This document shows positions 12,393-25,180 of a DNA stretch of 64,000 bases, piece by piece; the stretch's first letter is position 1, and every line of letters starts with the position of its first letter. The translations under genes and the position numbers were made by a program. Below the pieces are notes generated by a model. It was not told where the DNA came from. It worked only from the letters and a program-made list of their open reading frames with translations, and made no database searches. Source of the DNA: the human T2T-CHM13v2.0 reference genome, Homo sapiens; the NCBI RefSeq assembly GCF_009914755.1, contig NC_060927.1. The stretch is one strand, 5' to 3'.

Positions 12393-13607
12393 GATTTTTA
12401 TGTTCTGCCTCTATTCGTTACTTGCATAATTCTACTCAAGAAACTAAGGCTCAGGGAAGTGAAATAAGTTGTTTGACCAAACATAGTCAAATTCAGATCT
12501 CTTTTATTCCAAACCCTGTGATTCTTTCCATATGCTACCCTTATCTAAAATCTGACTGTGAGAAGTAATTTTTGAGGGCCATTAGTCCAAGGGCCTGTCC
12601 TCCATCAAATTTTGTGGCTAATTCTTATGCTTTATTGCTGGATTCCAGTTTGAAGACAGAATAGCAATAAGATCCATCTACATTAACTTACACATGATGA
12701 AATTACTCTCCCTGCCTTTAGCTTTTACTGAAAAAAAAAAAAATCACAAAAAGCAGCAACATTCAGCCTATTTCTTTCTCTGAGGTCTTGGATTAAATCC
12801 CACAGGAGAATTTCCTTTAGAATTTGGAGTCTAAGTATCAGAAATTTTTGTGAGGAATTGATAAGTTTCTACTTTCAGTTAAAGAGAACTATGCTCCTTT
12901 ACACATGTCTTTTTTGCACTGGCTGTTATGAACCTCAAAGATAAATTGGATATTTTGTAATATGAGTCATATAATGCTGTTACCTACAATATTCATTTCA
13001 GATCCTCTTTTTGGTGTTGTTTTTCTAATTTATTAAGTGTATTTTGCATCTTACTCATTTGAACCATCTCAATTCCTGTAAATAAATGAGTAAGTACCTT
13101 TATGAAGAGAACAGAACTTAATCCTCCTTCTGCCTTTTGTCTTCTTATACTACGTTGAAGAGACATTATATGCTGTACAATGTGTCCTTTGATACAAGAG
13201 AATCTGAAGTCTAGATAAAGACATTAGGGAGAATAACCACGTTGAAGACAAAGAATGCAATTAAACTCATCCAGTGCTTTTTTTTTTAGCACAGGCTCTG
13301 TATTGGGTGGGCACTGTGGGGGTATTATCAGAATTAGTATAAACATAAACATAGCCTCTGAATGTTCTGGTATACATGTTAGAAAACAACAAAGAATGGC
13401 ATAGTATATGAGTAAGTTTAGAGAAAGATTAAAAACCTTAAAGAAAGTGAAGAATGTTTTGAACGTTTTATTATGACAGTGACATTTAAAAACTTTGAAG
13501 CCATCTAAGATAACTTAAAGCTTTTATTCTTGAAACTGTACAGGAATATCTTATCAACTCATTCTAATATGCGCTTCACCTTGTGTTCTGATGTTCTTTA
13601 TGCTCAG

Positions 13608-15590
13608 CTTTTTTTTTTTTTTAGTTCTGTGGTACATGTGCAGGATGTGCGGGTTTATTACATAGGTAAATGTGTGCCATGGTGGTTTGCTCACCTATCA
13701 ACCCATTACCTAGGTATTAAGCCCAGCGTGCACTAGCTATTTTTCCTGATGCTCTCCCTCCTCTTGTACCCCCACCCCTCTCCAACAGGCCCCAGTGTGT
13801 GCTATTCCCCTGCCTGTGTCCATGTGTTCTCATTGATCAGCTCCCACTTATAAGTGAAAACCTGCGGTATTTGGTTTTCTGTTACTGTGTTAGTTTGCTG
13901 AGGATAATAGATTCCAGCTCCATCCATGTCCCTGCAAAGGACATGATCTCATTCATTTTTGTGGATACATAGTATTCCATGGTGTATATGTACCACATTT
14001 TCTTTATCCAGTCTATCATTGATGGGCATTTTGGCTGATTCCATGTCTTTGCTATTTTGAATAGTGCTGCAGTGAACATATGGGCACATGTATTTTTTTT
14101 TCAATTTAAATATGTATAGTTTACTGAACATCAATTATATCTCAACAATGCTGTTTATTTTTTATTTTTATACTTATTTATTTATTTATTTTTTAATTAT
14201 ATATATTTATTATACTTTAAGTTCTAGGGTACATGTGCACAACATGCAGGTTTGTTACATACAGTATACATCTGCCATGTTGGTGTGCTGCACCCATTAA
14301 CTCATCATTTACATTAGGTATATATCCTAATGCTATCCCTACCCCCTGCCCCTACCCCACAACAGGACCCGGTGTGTGATGTTCCCTTTCCTGTGTCCAA
14401 GTGTTCTCATTGTTCAATTCCCACCTATGAGTGAGAACATGCCATGTTTGGTTTTTCTGTCCTTGCGATAGTTTGCTGAGAATGATGGTTTCCAGCTTCA
14501 TCCATGTCCCTACAAAGGACATGAACTCATCCTTTTTTATGGCTGCATAGTATTCCATGGTGTATATGTACCACATTTTCTTAATCCAGTCTGTCATTGT
14601 TGGACATTTGGGTTGGTTCCAAGTCTTTGCTATTTTGAATAGTGCCACAATAAACATGCGTGTGCATGTGTCTTTATAGCAGCATGATTTATAATCCTTT
14701 GGGTATGTACCCAGTAATGGGATGGCTGGGTCAAATGATATTTCTAGTTCTAGATCCTTGAGGACTCGCCACACTGTCTTCCACAATGGTTGAACTAGTT
14801 TACAGTCCCACCAACAGTGTAAAAGTGTTCCTATTTCTCCACATCCTCTCCAGCACCTGTTGTTTCCTGACTTTTTAAAGATCGCCATTCTAACTGGTGT
14901 GAGATGGTATCTCATTGTGGTTTTGATTTGCATTTCTCTGATGGCCAGTGATGACGAGCATTTTTTCATGTGTCTGTTGGCTGCATAAATGTCTTCTTTT
15001 GAGAAATGTCTGTTCATATCCTTGGGCACATGTATTTTTTTTATAATTGAATGATTTATATTCCTTTGGGTATATACCCAGTAATGGGATTGCTGTGTCA
15101 ATTGCTGGTATTTTTGATTGTATACTGGTCAAAAATTGCTGGTTTTGATTGCATATCTTTGAGAAATCACCACACTGTCTTCCCAATGGTTGAACTAATT
15201 TACGTTTCCACCAACAGTGTAAAAGCATTCCTATCTCTGCAACCTCACCAATATCTGTTGTTTCTTGGCTTTTTAATAATCACTGTTTTGACTGGAGTGA
15301 GATGGAATCTCATTGTGGTTTTGATTTGCATTTCTCTAATGATCAGTCATGGTGAGTTTTTTTATGTTTCTTGGCCGCATACATGTCTCTGTTCATGTCC
15401 TTCACCCACTTTTTAATGGGGTTGTTTATGCTTTTTCTTGGAAATTTCTTTAAGTTCCTTGTAGACTCTGGATATTAGACCATTGTCAGATGGATAGATT
15501 GCAAAAATTTTCTCCCATTCTCTAGGTTGTCTGTTTGCTCAGATGATAGTTTCTTTTGCTGTGCAGAAGTTGTTTAGTTTAATTAGATTC
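13608..15590 (-). mobile_element. L1 3' portion (L1PA8-10-like), interrupted by a younger L1 at ~14093-15022
   Basis: 3'UTR CATAGGTAAATGTGTGCCATGGTGGTTTG; ORF2 resumes after 15043; degenerate TSD TTATG(C/T)TCAG(C/T)TTTTT at both ends. Confidence 0.93.
14093..15022 (-). mobile_element. L1PA4-6-like 5'-truncated insertion with 3' transduction
   Basis: TTATACTTTAAGTTCTAGGGTACATGTGCACAAC 3' end; ORF2 CCHC motif ([18 protein letters not shown]); TSD TGGGCACATGTATTTTTTTT at 14081-14100 and 15023-15042. Confidence 0.94.
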
Positions 15591-16479
15591 TTATGTTCAG
15601 TTTTTTATCCACAACAACACAGATCATAATGCTGTTCCATGAACAACAAGCTAAGCATAGGCAACTGCATTAATGTTGCAGCCTGTGGGTTATGTGCCAT
15701 TTTTGGCCGACCAACCCACCTTCCTCTTCTCCATTTTAGAAAGCAGATGGGAATGCAAGTGATTATGATATTATTTTAGGGATAATCTTGAATATGCTCT
15801 CATTTATATAAAAATTCAGTTATGTTCAGACTACAACCTAACTGTGACAATAGTATGTCAACAAAATTGCTTTGCTACACCAAAACAGGATAAAAATTAA
15901 TAGGTTTTAATTTTGGTCCAGCTTCAAATTCTTAATGCTTTACTGATATGAAAAATACCTGATCACCATCTCTCTTACAGAGTTTTTGCTTCCTTAAACT
16001 TAATTGTTTCAATATCTTTTAACCATTACTTATGTCTTATTTTTATTGCTAAACAACTCAATGCCTAGCTATGTGTTAGTAACCAATGGAAGACAAGAAC
16101 CTACTAGGATCTATGGACTTATAAGTGTTCATTCTATAAATATATTAGCCACAGCGATTGCATGCACAATCAGTTCATGTAGGAGGCCAGGTCTTGTTTC
16201 ACTTGACTTTATTGATAGTAAGAAAATCAATAAAGTGAAAATCAATAAAAGATTGTGATTCTTGAACGTATTACTTTGTTAATTTGACTAGATCTTTAAC
16301 CTTCCTGTGCTGCTTAGAATTTCTGGTATGGGTCTTTCTGAAATGTCTTAAAGAATATGACTAATATAAAATGTTATAGTTATACATATTTGACAAGGCA
16401 AATAGGTATGTGATTTTGGTTGGGCTTTTGGAAAAATTTTACCACAATAACAATAAAACACAAGAATTAGCTACTGCCT

Positions 16480-16845
16480 TAAGCAGGATAGATTAGGTTA
16501 TGCTACAGTAACAACCTCTAAATCTCGCCAGTTTAAGACAACATAGGTTTGTGTCTTTACATACTGACGCAGATTGTTGTGGGTGGGAGGTGGGTCTGCT
16601 CAAATCACTCAGAGGCCTAGGCTGGCAGAGTCTCTATCAGCTTATGATGCTTGTATTTCTACATGAGGTTTCAAGGTTTGCCATTGTAATAGTGGGAAAC
16701 CATCATTGGCTTTTATGTGGAGCTACCTGGAAGTGGCATGTTACTTCTCACATTTCATTTGCTGAATCAAGTCACATGGTTATGAAAAACTTCAGGGAGC
16801 TTAATCCTGCAAGACAAGAAGGGGAAGAGTACAAGTAAGGTCTAT
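16480..16845 (-). mobile_element. Old MaLR LTR (MLT1J/K/L-like)
   Basis: CAGGATAGATTAGGTTATGCTACAGTAACAA...CACATTTCATTTGCTGAATCAAGTCACATGG. Confidence 0.75.
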
Positions 16846-17557
16846 CGTACTTATTGAGATTGACTATGGCATCTTTGTGTGGAGATTTTGAAGAAAGATA
16901 GAAAGCTATGTTTAAATAATTTATATATATTTTAAAATATTCTCATAAGTTTATTAATATATCATTAGAGAAAAAAGAAAAAATATAGCATTTAGATGTA
17001 TTTTAAAAAAACTTTTTTCTATGTATTATTATTATTTAGTATAGTGATTTTACAATTTTATGACTTGTTTTTGTAACTTAATGTTATAACAAAAAGACTA
17101 TCTCTATAAGGCTAGATAGTCTTTATGATCACAATTTCCAGTGGTTGCATTAAATCATATTTAATGGATATGCCATAATTTACTTAAACATACCTCATCA
17201 TTGGGCATATTCATTGTTTACTATTGCTAGTGATTTTGAATGCTGAAAGTTACAAAGTCTTCATCAACTATAGCTTCTAAATGTTTTACAGCTCATAAAT
17301 ATGCAAAACAGGGATAATAAGTCATATTTCAAATATTTGCTGTGAGGTACATATTAGGTTTTAGATGTAAAAAGTCTGTAAAAATTCCTGGAACAAATGT
17401 TTGTTTCCTACCCCTTAGATGATTTAACAAATGAATTCTATTCTTTACTCTTCATCCTCATTATTACTCTCACAACTTTGACTATAAACTTTTCTGTATG
17501 AAGGCCAGATTTAATCTGTAATTTCGTGATGCTCCTTACTCCAGTATAGTCTTAGCC

Positions 17558-17752
17558 CAGTGGTTCTTAACTGGGGTAAATATTTCCTTCCAGGTGAAAT
17601 TTGGTTGCATCTGGAGACATTTTTTATTTTTATGTCTGAGGTGTTGGGATTACTGCTAGAATCTTGTGGGTGGAGATAGGTGATCTGCCAAAACATACCA
17701 CAATGCAAAGGACAGCTCCCTTAACCGACAAGGAATCATCTGGCCTGAAATA
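17558..17752. mobile_element. MER20 (hAT-Charlie)
   Basis: CAGTGGTTCTTAACTGGGG...TCTGGAGACATTTT...ACAATGCAAAGGACAGC...ATCTGGCC. Confidence 0.85.
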
Positions 17753-20619
17753 CTATTTTAATCGATTAAAATAAATGAATATTTTCAGAGATAACATGTA
17801 CAATATCTGTATTATAGTTTCTCGTTTATGATATAGCAAAGGAGTTCATTTGTCTCTTTGTGAAGTTTTATGATTTGTAAAAGCTTTGTTTTTAATTAAA
17901 GTGTATTATACAACATAGAATTTTTCTTCTTTATGTCAAGGAAGCATATAGAAATCTGCACTTTGAGATGTTACTGATTTATTTTGATGCTATAGCATTT
18001 TGCTCCCATATAAACATTTCCTGTGACACGAAAATTGATAGTTTTGTGCTCTGGAAAAGTCCATTATTATAGATTGCTTATGGTTTTGACTCCTGAACTA
18101 TGAAAAATATGAGAAAACCCAGTTTGCTAAACAAGCGATTATAAACATTTGGTGCAGCCCAAAGCTAAAGAGAGAAATAATTATCTGTTTTGAGATGGCC
18201 AGTTTGGTTGTGGTCTCTTCCTTGTTTTGCATTAATTTTTTTCAGCAGCCAAGATGAAGTCTCACTATGAGATTCTTAGATGTGGAGCATACATTCTGGT
18301 CCTGGAGCTACCTAACTCTGAGCACACAGAAGTCAACACCAAGGAAAATAACAAACATGTTAATGATATATTCTATACTAATGTTTATGTGAGGTGCATA
18401 TGCTTTCTTTATTCAATCTTTTGTAATAATAAAAAATCCACTTTCATAAATAACATAAACTATATTTTTAAAAAAACCTGAAAGTGAGCCACAAAAGACT
18501 GACTTTTTGTGATTTTTCAAAAAGCTTTTGACTTTTCTAAGGGATAAAATACTAAATACAATTTACAAATTGACACTAAGTTCATATTAAAAACATGACT
18601 AAAAATAATACAAGAATAGTATTTGGCTTGGATTCAGTTTTAGGAGTTGTGTCATGTCAGACTGCATCAGGAGAACTTGAATTGTGTTGCATAGGTGATA
18701 CAGTTACCTAAAGCATCTAATTATTTAAAAAATTATTAGTTGAGGTTTTTGCCCTTAAGAAAGTGTCTAACCATTTGTTTATGTTTGCAAACATATGCTC
18801 TTTGGATTTCCTTTTATCATGAATATATGATAGTTCATACTAATAGTTGATAATATTATTATTTAAAAACTTAGTTATTTTGATGCTTTCCACTGAACAG
18901 TTAGTAGTAGTGCATGTAATTAAAAAAAAACCTTTCCAAATAGGATCTTGAGTATGATAGGGAAATATGTCAATATATTTGTGAAAACGTAGAATTGCAT
19001 TTGATGTAATAAGTGATGTGAAGACACAGAATTTCATTTTATGTGATAAGTGACTATGTACATGTTCATTCTTTCTGTAAAAAAGCCATTTGAATTATTC
19101 AGCAATACCCAGACCAACCAATCATTACTTATCCTCATTTTAATAAAATTAGCTCTTGTACAAATGTGCAAGAAATAATTAAAACCACATGTATATTTAA
19201 ATTTAAGTTTCAGACTTAAGTTGCTAAACTGACTATACAAGAGGTGACTATTTGAATACTTCTTTACAAGTAAAGCATGACTGAATTAAATCATCTGAGC
19301 CTAGGATTTAGTATAGTAATCAAACAATTTTCCTTGATTGTTTATACTAAATCATCTTGGGTTTTCTCTTACTCTACAAAAGTTAGTAGTAGGGCTAATA
19401 ATTTCATGTAAAAATGACTCTATTTAAATACGTATTTTTAATACTAATTGCAGATAAAGTAATAAAAATAAGTATTTAAGATCTTTCCACTAATAATACT
19501 ATATGTTTTCAAGTAGGAAAGACAGAATCTTGTACTGTATCCCCAAAGGGTAAACTAAGGAGAAAAGGAAAGTAAAAAGGATAAAGCATACAGCTTCTAG
19601 TTGCATAGGTCTTAAATTTTGAACGTTAGCAGTAAAACTTCATTTTTACTACTGGAGGGATACTTAGGCTTGCATGTGCTTTCTAAGCCAGGATCAAATG
19701 TAATATAAAGTTTTGTATAATTTTTTTCCTTATACTTTGAGTTGCACCTGGATGTAAATAGCTAGCTAGAATAGACTAATGATATGGTTGGTGTCGCCAA
19801 CAGCCATGGAGTAAGCTCCTCTCCCTGCCTGGGTTCTCCAGTGAACTTTTAAATCATTGGCTTTTAATTCAGGAACACACTCCAAGGAGCTTGTCCTCTG
19901 CTCTTTATTGCATTCCAGGGGCAGCTCCATCAAACTGCATCACCATCACTTAGCACAGCACTTACTCTCTCTAATAAAAAAAACACTCCAGGTGCTATAT
20001 TGGATGGATTATTATCAACAGAGGATTCCAAAATTTGGTTTATGCCCTACTCTTTCAAGATGCAAGGCAGGCTGAAGTCCCAGATGTGTTTTATGCATGC
20101 TAACATGACAACTGAAAAAAAATCTGGCCTGACGCATAAAGACAGTAAGTAGAGAACTGTATTGTGACCTATCATTCTATGTTGTTGACTTAGGAAACTA
20201 TTTCAGGAGAAACAGATAGTTACTAAGGTCCTTTGTGAAAATGACATCTAAGACAAATGGTTGAGAAAGAGAAAAAGAGAAACAGTAACAATGTGAGTGA
20301 GAGAAATGCCAACAGGATCAACAGGATTGAGGACACAATTCCTTACATATAATAACTACCTTCAAAAAGGAGTCAAAAAGTGTCTTAATTCTCTCTAGAA
20401 AGAAAGACAAAAACGTAAGAAAAGATCTCAATGATGGGATCCGTATCCTCATCCAAGATTATTTAAGAAAAATATTTTAATATTTGGTATAAAATCCTGG
20501 TAGACTAGGCAATGAATAGTTGTTTTAAATATGAATCTGTGTCAAAACAGATTTTTGTGCACATAATAATTCCTTTAAGTCAAAGACTAAGCTCTAAAAT
20601 GGTGTACAGTGATGCCTTG

Positions 20620-21065
20620 CTGCTGCTTCCTTTTCTCCCTTACCAGTCTTCTAATTCTTCTAATTATTCCAGCTCTCACATTTTTATGTTCCATTAGCAC
20701 TAGAGGCCACATTATTCTCCACACGTACCCTGTTTTGTTTTGTTTTCTTTCTAATCTCTATGGCTTTGTACATCACCTCTTCTGTATCTAGATCTTTCAC
20801 CCCTTTTTGTCTGCTTAACAAAACTCATTATGAAGACTCAGATGAAGAGTCCCTTACCCTAGGAAGCCTTCCTTGGTCTTCTCACCTCCAGTGAGCAAGT
20901 TTCTTTGCACCCTTCACTTCTTGATTTTAGGAAAATTTATTTTTCTTTGTCTTTCTATTTAACTAGTCTCTGACTTGCTTGACTACAGAAACTGGATTGA
21001 ATGCATCATTAAAACACATTTTTCTGCATATTCAGTAAATAATTTTGGACAGAATGAATAACTGA
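20620..21065 (+). mobile_element. L2 fragment
   Basis: GAAGACTCAGATGAAG...AGGAAGCCTTCC...TCAGTAAATAATTTTGG...GAATGAAT. Confidence 0.55.
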
Positions 21066-21349
21066 ATTGTGTTAATAAGTTGTACATCTATTTCTCAAAA
21101 AGATTAACTTGGACCATTTTATAAAGGAAAATGTTTTGTTTCCCAGTTTTGCAATAATTGTGAGCTTCAATGAAAAGCCTTTAATTGCTGGCTAGGCAAA
21201 CTAGGGTAAGAAAGATTTTCTTAGTAGACAGGGAGACATTGAAAAAACTATTCTAACAGAAGAAGAAAAGTTGGGACATAACGCAACAAATCATTCAGAA
21301 ATTGTGAATTTCAATTCATTCAGTACCTCTTAAAAATGTTGTAGCTTCT

Positions 21350-21760
21350 GTCATTCATTTATCCATTCATGTATTTATTTTTGAGAACTTTTAATGAGCT
21401 AAGCACTATGTTAAGCTCTGGGAAAAAAAGACTGGATATAGCACATATTTTGTCTCTGAGGGCTCACAGTCTGGTCAAAAGTAATTTTATGGCTTGCAGA
21501 CAGTCCTACTGGGATGAAAGCATTTGAGTGATGAGAATGCAGCTTAGCAATATAGAAAAATCTTCAAAGAGAAATAGACAACTTAAATTTGCAGACTGGA
21601 CTGGAGTGGATAAGGGAGGCAGGATGGGAGAAAGTGGTGATGCAGAAGTTTGATGCTGGGAGGCATAGGCAAGAGCTCAGATTCGTGTCATTTATTTCCC
21701 TGGAAAGAACTTTCATGGAAGGAAGAGAATGAAAGCAGTGAAAAGAGCTGCCTGAGATTG
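21350..21760 (-). mobile_element. L2 fragment
   Basis: TCATTCATTTATCCATTCAT...AAGCACTATGTTAAGCTCTGGG...GCTCACAGTCT. Confidence 0.65.
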
Positions 21761-22862
21761 ATTATGGTGGCGAAGGTGGGAGGGTCACACTTTTGTTCCC
21801 TACAGGTTTGTGATACTGAGATGAACTAAGCCTCAGTGTCCTCATCTGTAAAGTGAGAATGATGTGAGGATGAGTAAAGGGTAAAATCTGTATGCAAAGG
21901 CAAAGCAAAGATCAGGCAAAATGCTGCTTCCTTTTTACATGCTGACTAAACTTGCTAAAGACACTAATCTTATTAATGAAACCTCAGTCATTCATTTTAG
22001 CATGCTTCTGTGCACAGAGTATAAATGCTCTGAAATGCTCAAATGGGTAATATTTGGCTCTAGCTGAGGTGTCCCTGACAGAAGACCCTCTGAGCTACCC
22101 AGAACAGGCAGAGATGGCTGTGCAAGGCTGCACTGAACTTTCCAACACAGCCATGCCTTCTCTTTTCTGCATTTGTAGCTTGAGGCCTTAACCTTTTATC
22201 ATTATTTTAATTATGTTTTTATGTTTAATTTAACTGTAAATCACATTAACAGAGTTTTGACTGGTATGTCAGAGGGCTTAAAAACTGAGTTAAAGTCTTT
22301 CTAAGAGCTAAAGAATTTGTCAGGTCTGACATGTTTAGTCAAGATGATCCAGTTAAGTGTGGAGATGTTGGAGAGATGGTGCGAGATGGTATTTAATTTG
22401 TTCAGGATTTAAGGAGCGGAAATAGACTTGCAGTAGAGATTTTGCTCCATATTAGCAATAGTTAAGAGGATAATTTATGGCTTTTGTTAAGGATATTAAC
22501 CAAGGCAAAAGTGCCCCTATAAAGCAATTAATTACATATTACGCTTAAGTTATTTTCTGAGGAATACGATCAACCAGAACATTGCATAATTCAGGAAATA
22601 TTAATGAAATGCTATACTTCCCTTGTATTGCATAAACATATTATGTTACTGAAAGACAGGTATTAATTTTTTCTATATTCGGAAAATAATATCTTTAGGG
22701 GTCAAAAATCTCATTTGTGAGGTTTTTACTAACAGACTTTCTTAAAACATTTTTATCACAAAATTAATAGATGTTTATGCCAGAAAAATATACAATACAA
22801 AAAATTACCATTTGCTTTAATATTTTGAGATATGTGTATATATTTACCCTTTTCTCTGAATA

Positions 22863-23205
22863 ATATTAGGATATCATAACTACTAAAACAGATTTCCTCT
22901 AAAATATCAGTGGCTTAACATGATAGAATCTTATTTCTGTCTCAGGAGGGTATTGCTAGTGGTGAGATGGCATTTAGGTGGGGCAGTGCGGTGACACTCT
23001 GCTCCATGCAGTCATTCAGTGCAGTGCCATTAACGCCTCTCACTGGAGTTTCTTTGCCATTGACCTCCAGCCAGGAGGAAGAGAGAGAGGGATGACAAGT
23101 GAGATGTTTATGTGTTTCAGACCACAAGATAGTGAATATAATTGCCCTTTATACTAGAAAATGTAATTTGGCTATGTGCCCAGCCTGGAGAGGAAACAGG
23201 TTTAA
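22863..23205 (-). mobile_element. Old MaLR LTR (MLT1J/K-like) within an L1ME relic
   Basis: CAGTGGCTTAACA...TTATTTCT...CTCTGCTCCATGCAGTCATTCAG...ATGTGCCCAG...GAAACAGGTTT. Confidence 0.7.
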
Positions 23206-23734
23206 TGTTCACATTATTTTATTTGGTATAGGGAATATGTAGGTGAATAGGCTTATGTACTATACATATTTTGTAATATTGTTTATTTACTCAGCAATAT
23301 ATCTCAGTTTTTCCTTCTTATTTATATCATTGTTATTTGTTTGTGTCACAATTTTAACTTAAATCAGTTTCTTGCTAAGCGTTTTGGTTATTACCAGTTT
23401 TCATGAATATATGCAACAGTCCGATGACTTCTCATACCTTTACATACCAACATCATTGCTTCCTTAAAAATTTTCCAAAAGTGGAATTGCTAAGTCGTAG
23501 GATATGTACTGTTGTACTGGTTTTTTGTTTGTTTGTCTGTTTTTAAGGCATTTTTCTTTCTATTAATGGGATCTGTGGGTGGAAGCTGAAAGTTACCATT
23601 ACTATCCTTTTTATTTTAGTGTGAATTAAAGCATTAAACATCAAGTACTTGCTGAACATCTACTCAGTGAGTTGCTTGTGCTATGAATTCAACAAAAGTA
23701 ACTAAGGTTGTTTTCATTAGAAAATGGTATTCTC

Positions 23735-24275
23735 CCATTTGACCCAGCAATCCCATTACTGGGTATATACCCAAAGGATTATAAATCATTCCACTTTAAA
23801 GAGACATGCACACATGTGTTTATTGCAGCACTGTTCACAACAGCAAAGACTTGGAACCAACCCAAATGTCCATCAATGATAGACTGGATAAAGAAAATGT
23901 GGCCCATATATACCATGGAATACTATGCAGCCATATAAAAGGATGAGTTCATGTCCTTTGGAGGGACGTGGATGAAGCTGGAAACCATAATTCTCAGCAA
24001 ACTAACCCAAGAACAGAAAACCGAACACTGCACGTTCTCACTCATAAGTGGGAGTTGAACAATGAGAACACATGGACACAGGGAGAAGAACATCATACAC
24101 CAGGGCCTATCGGTGGGTGGGAAGCTAGGGGAGGGGATAGCATTAGGAGAAATACTTAATGTAGATAAAAGGTTGATGGGTGCAGCAAACCACCATGGCA
24201 CATGTATACCTATGTAAAAAACCTGCACATTCTACACATGTATCCCAGAGCTTAAAGTATAATAATAATTAAAAA
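23735..24275 (+). mobile_element. L1PA7-like 3' end
   Basis: ORF2 end plus 3'UTR (GGTTGATGGGTGCAGCAAACCACCATGG); TSD AAAAT(G/C)GTATTCTC at 23721-23734 and 24273-24286. Confidence 0.95.
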
Positions 24276-24881
24276 ATCGTATTCTCTTCCATATATTTAA
24301 CATTAAAAGACAGTTTCAGTTTCCTGCCTTTTCCTAATTCGGTAAGTGATGCATTGGTTTTTATTCTGGTTATAGAAGGAAATAAGGAGGGGTTAGGGTG
24401 TTTCTTAAAATTATAAAAGATTAGGGGTACTTTATAACAAATACAAATGAAAAAATAAGGTATTTAAATTTATTCTTAAAAATTATTGTGAAAATGACTT
24501 CAACAAGATTTCCAGGCAAAGGTAAATACATCGTAAGATTAGGTAAAGACAACATAAAATCTGGAGAATAATAAACACTAGTTTTAAGAACATGGTGAGA
24601 GATGACCTCGTAATCATGCACTAGCTTGGGTTTCATGCATTTCTTGGAGAAACAAGATACATAATAAGATCATTGTTGTCACTATAAGCTACGAATTCCT
24701 CTGGCCAGTAGTAGCCAAAGAAAATGTTAAATTTTGTTTGATTTTAAACATCAAGAATACTTTTAAAGAGATGTAAAATTGGAGGCATCATATGAACTTT
24801 CTAACTTTTGCTTATAATTTTGATAATCATTTTCAAATAGCTACTGATCATTATATGTTCCTTTAGGAACGTAACGTTTGA

Positions 24882-25180
24882 GGCCGGGCGTGGTGGCTCA
24901 TACCTATAATCCCAGCACTTAGGGAGGCCGGGGCAGGCAGATCACAAGGTCAAGAGATGGAGACCATCCTGACCAACATGGTGCAACCCCGCAGCTACTA
25001 AAAAGACAAAAATTAGCCTGGCATGGTGGCGGGCGCCTGTAGTCCCAGCTACTTGGGAGGTTGAGGCAGGAGAATCGCTTGAACCCAGCAGGCAGAAGTT
25101 GCAGTAAGCGCCGAGATCGCGCCACTGCTGTCCAGCCTGGCGACAGAGCAAGACAAAGCCTCAAAAAAAAAAAAAAAAAA
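24882..25180 (+). mobile_element. Alu (AluSc-like)
   Basis: Full dimer with poly-A; CpG-decayed TSD AACGTAACGTTTG / AACATAATGTTTG. Confidence 0.96.

Noticed and set aside
14352-15228. 249-aa and 112-aa ORFs
   Set aside because: L1 ORF2 C-terminal fragments fused across the nested-insertion junction and running into the 3'UTR; not a gene.
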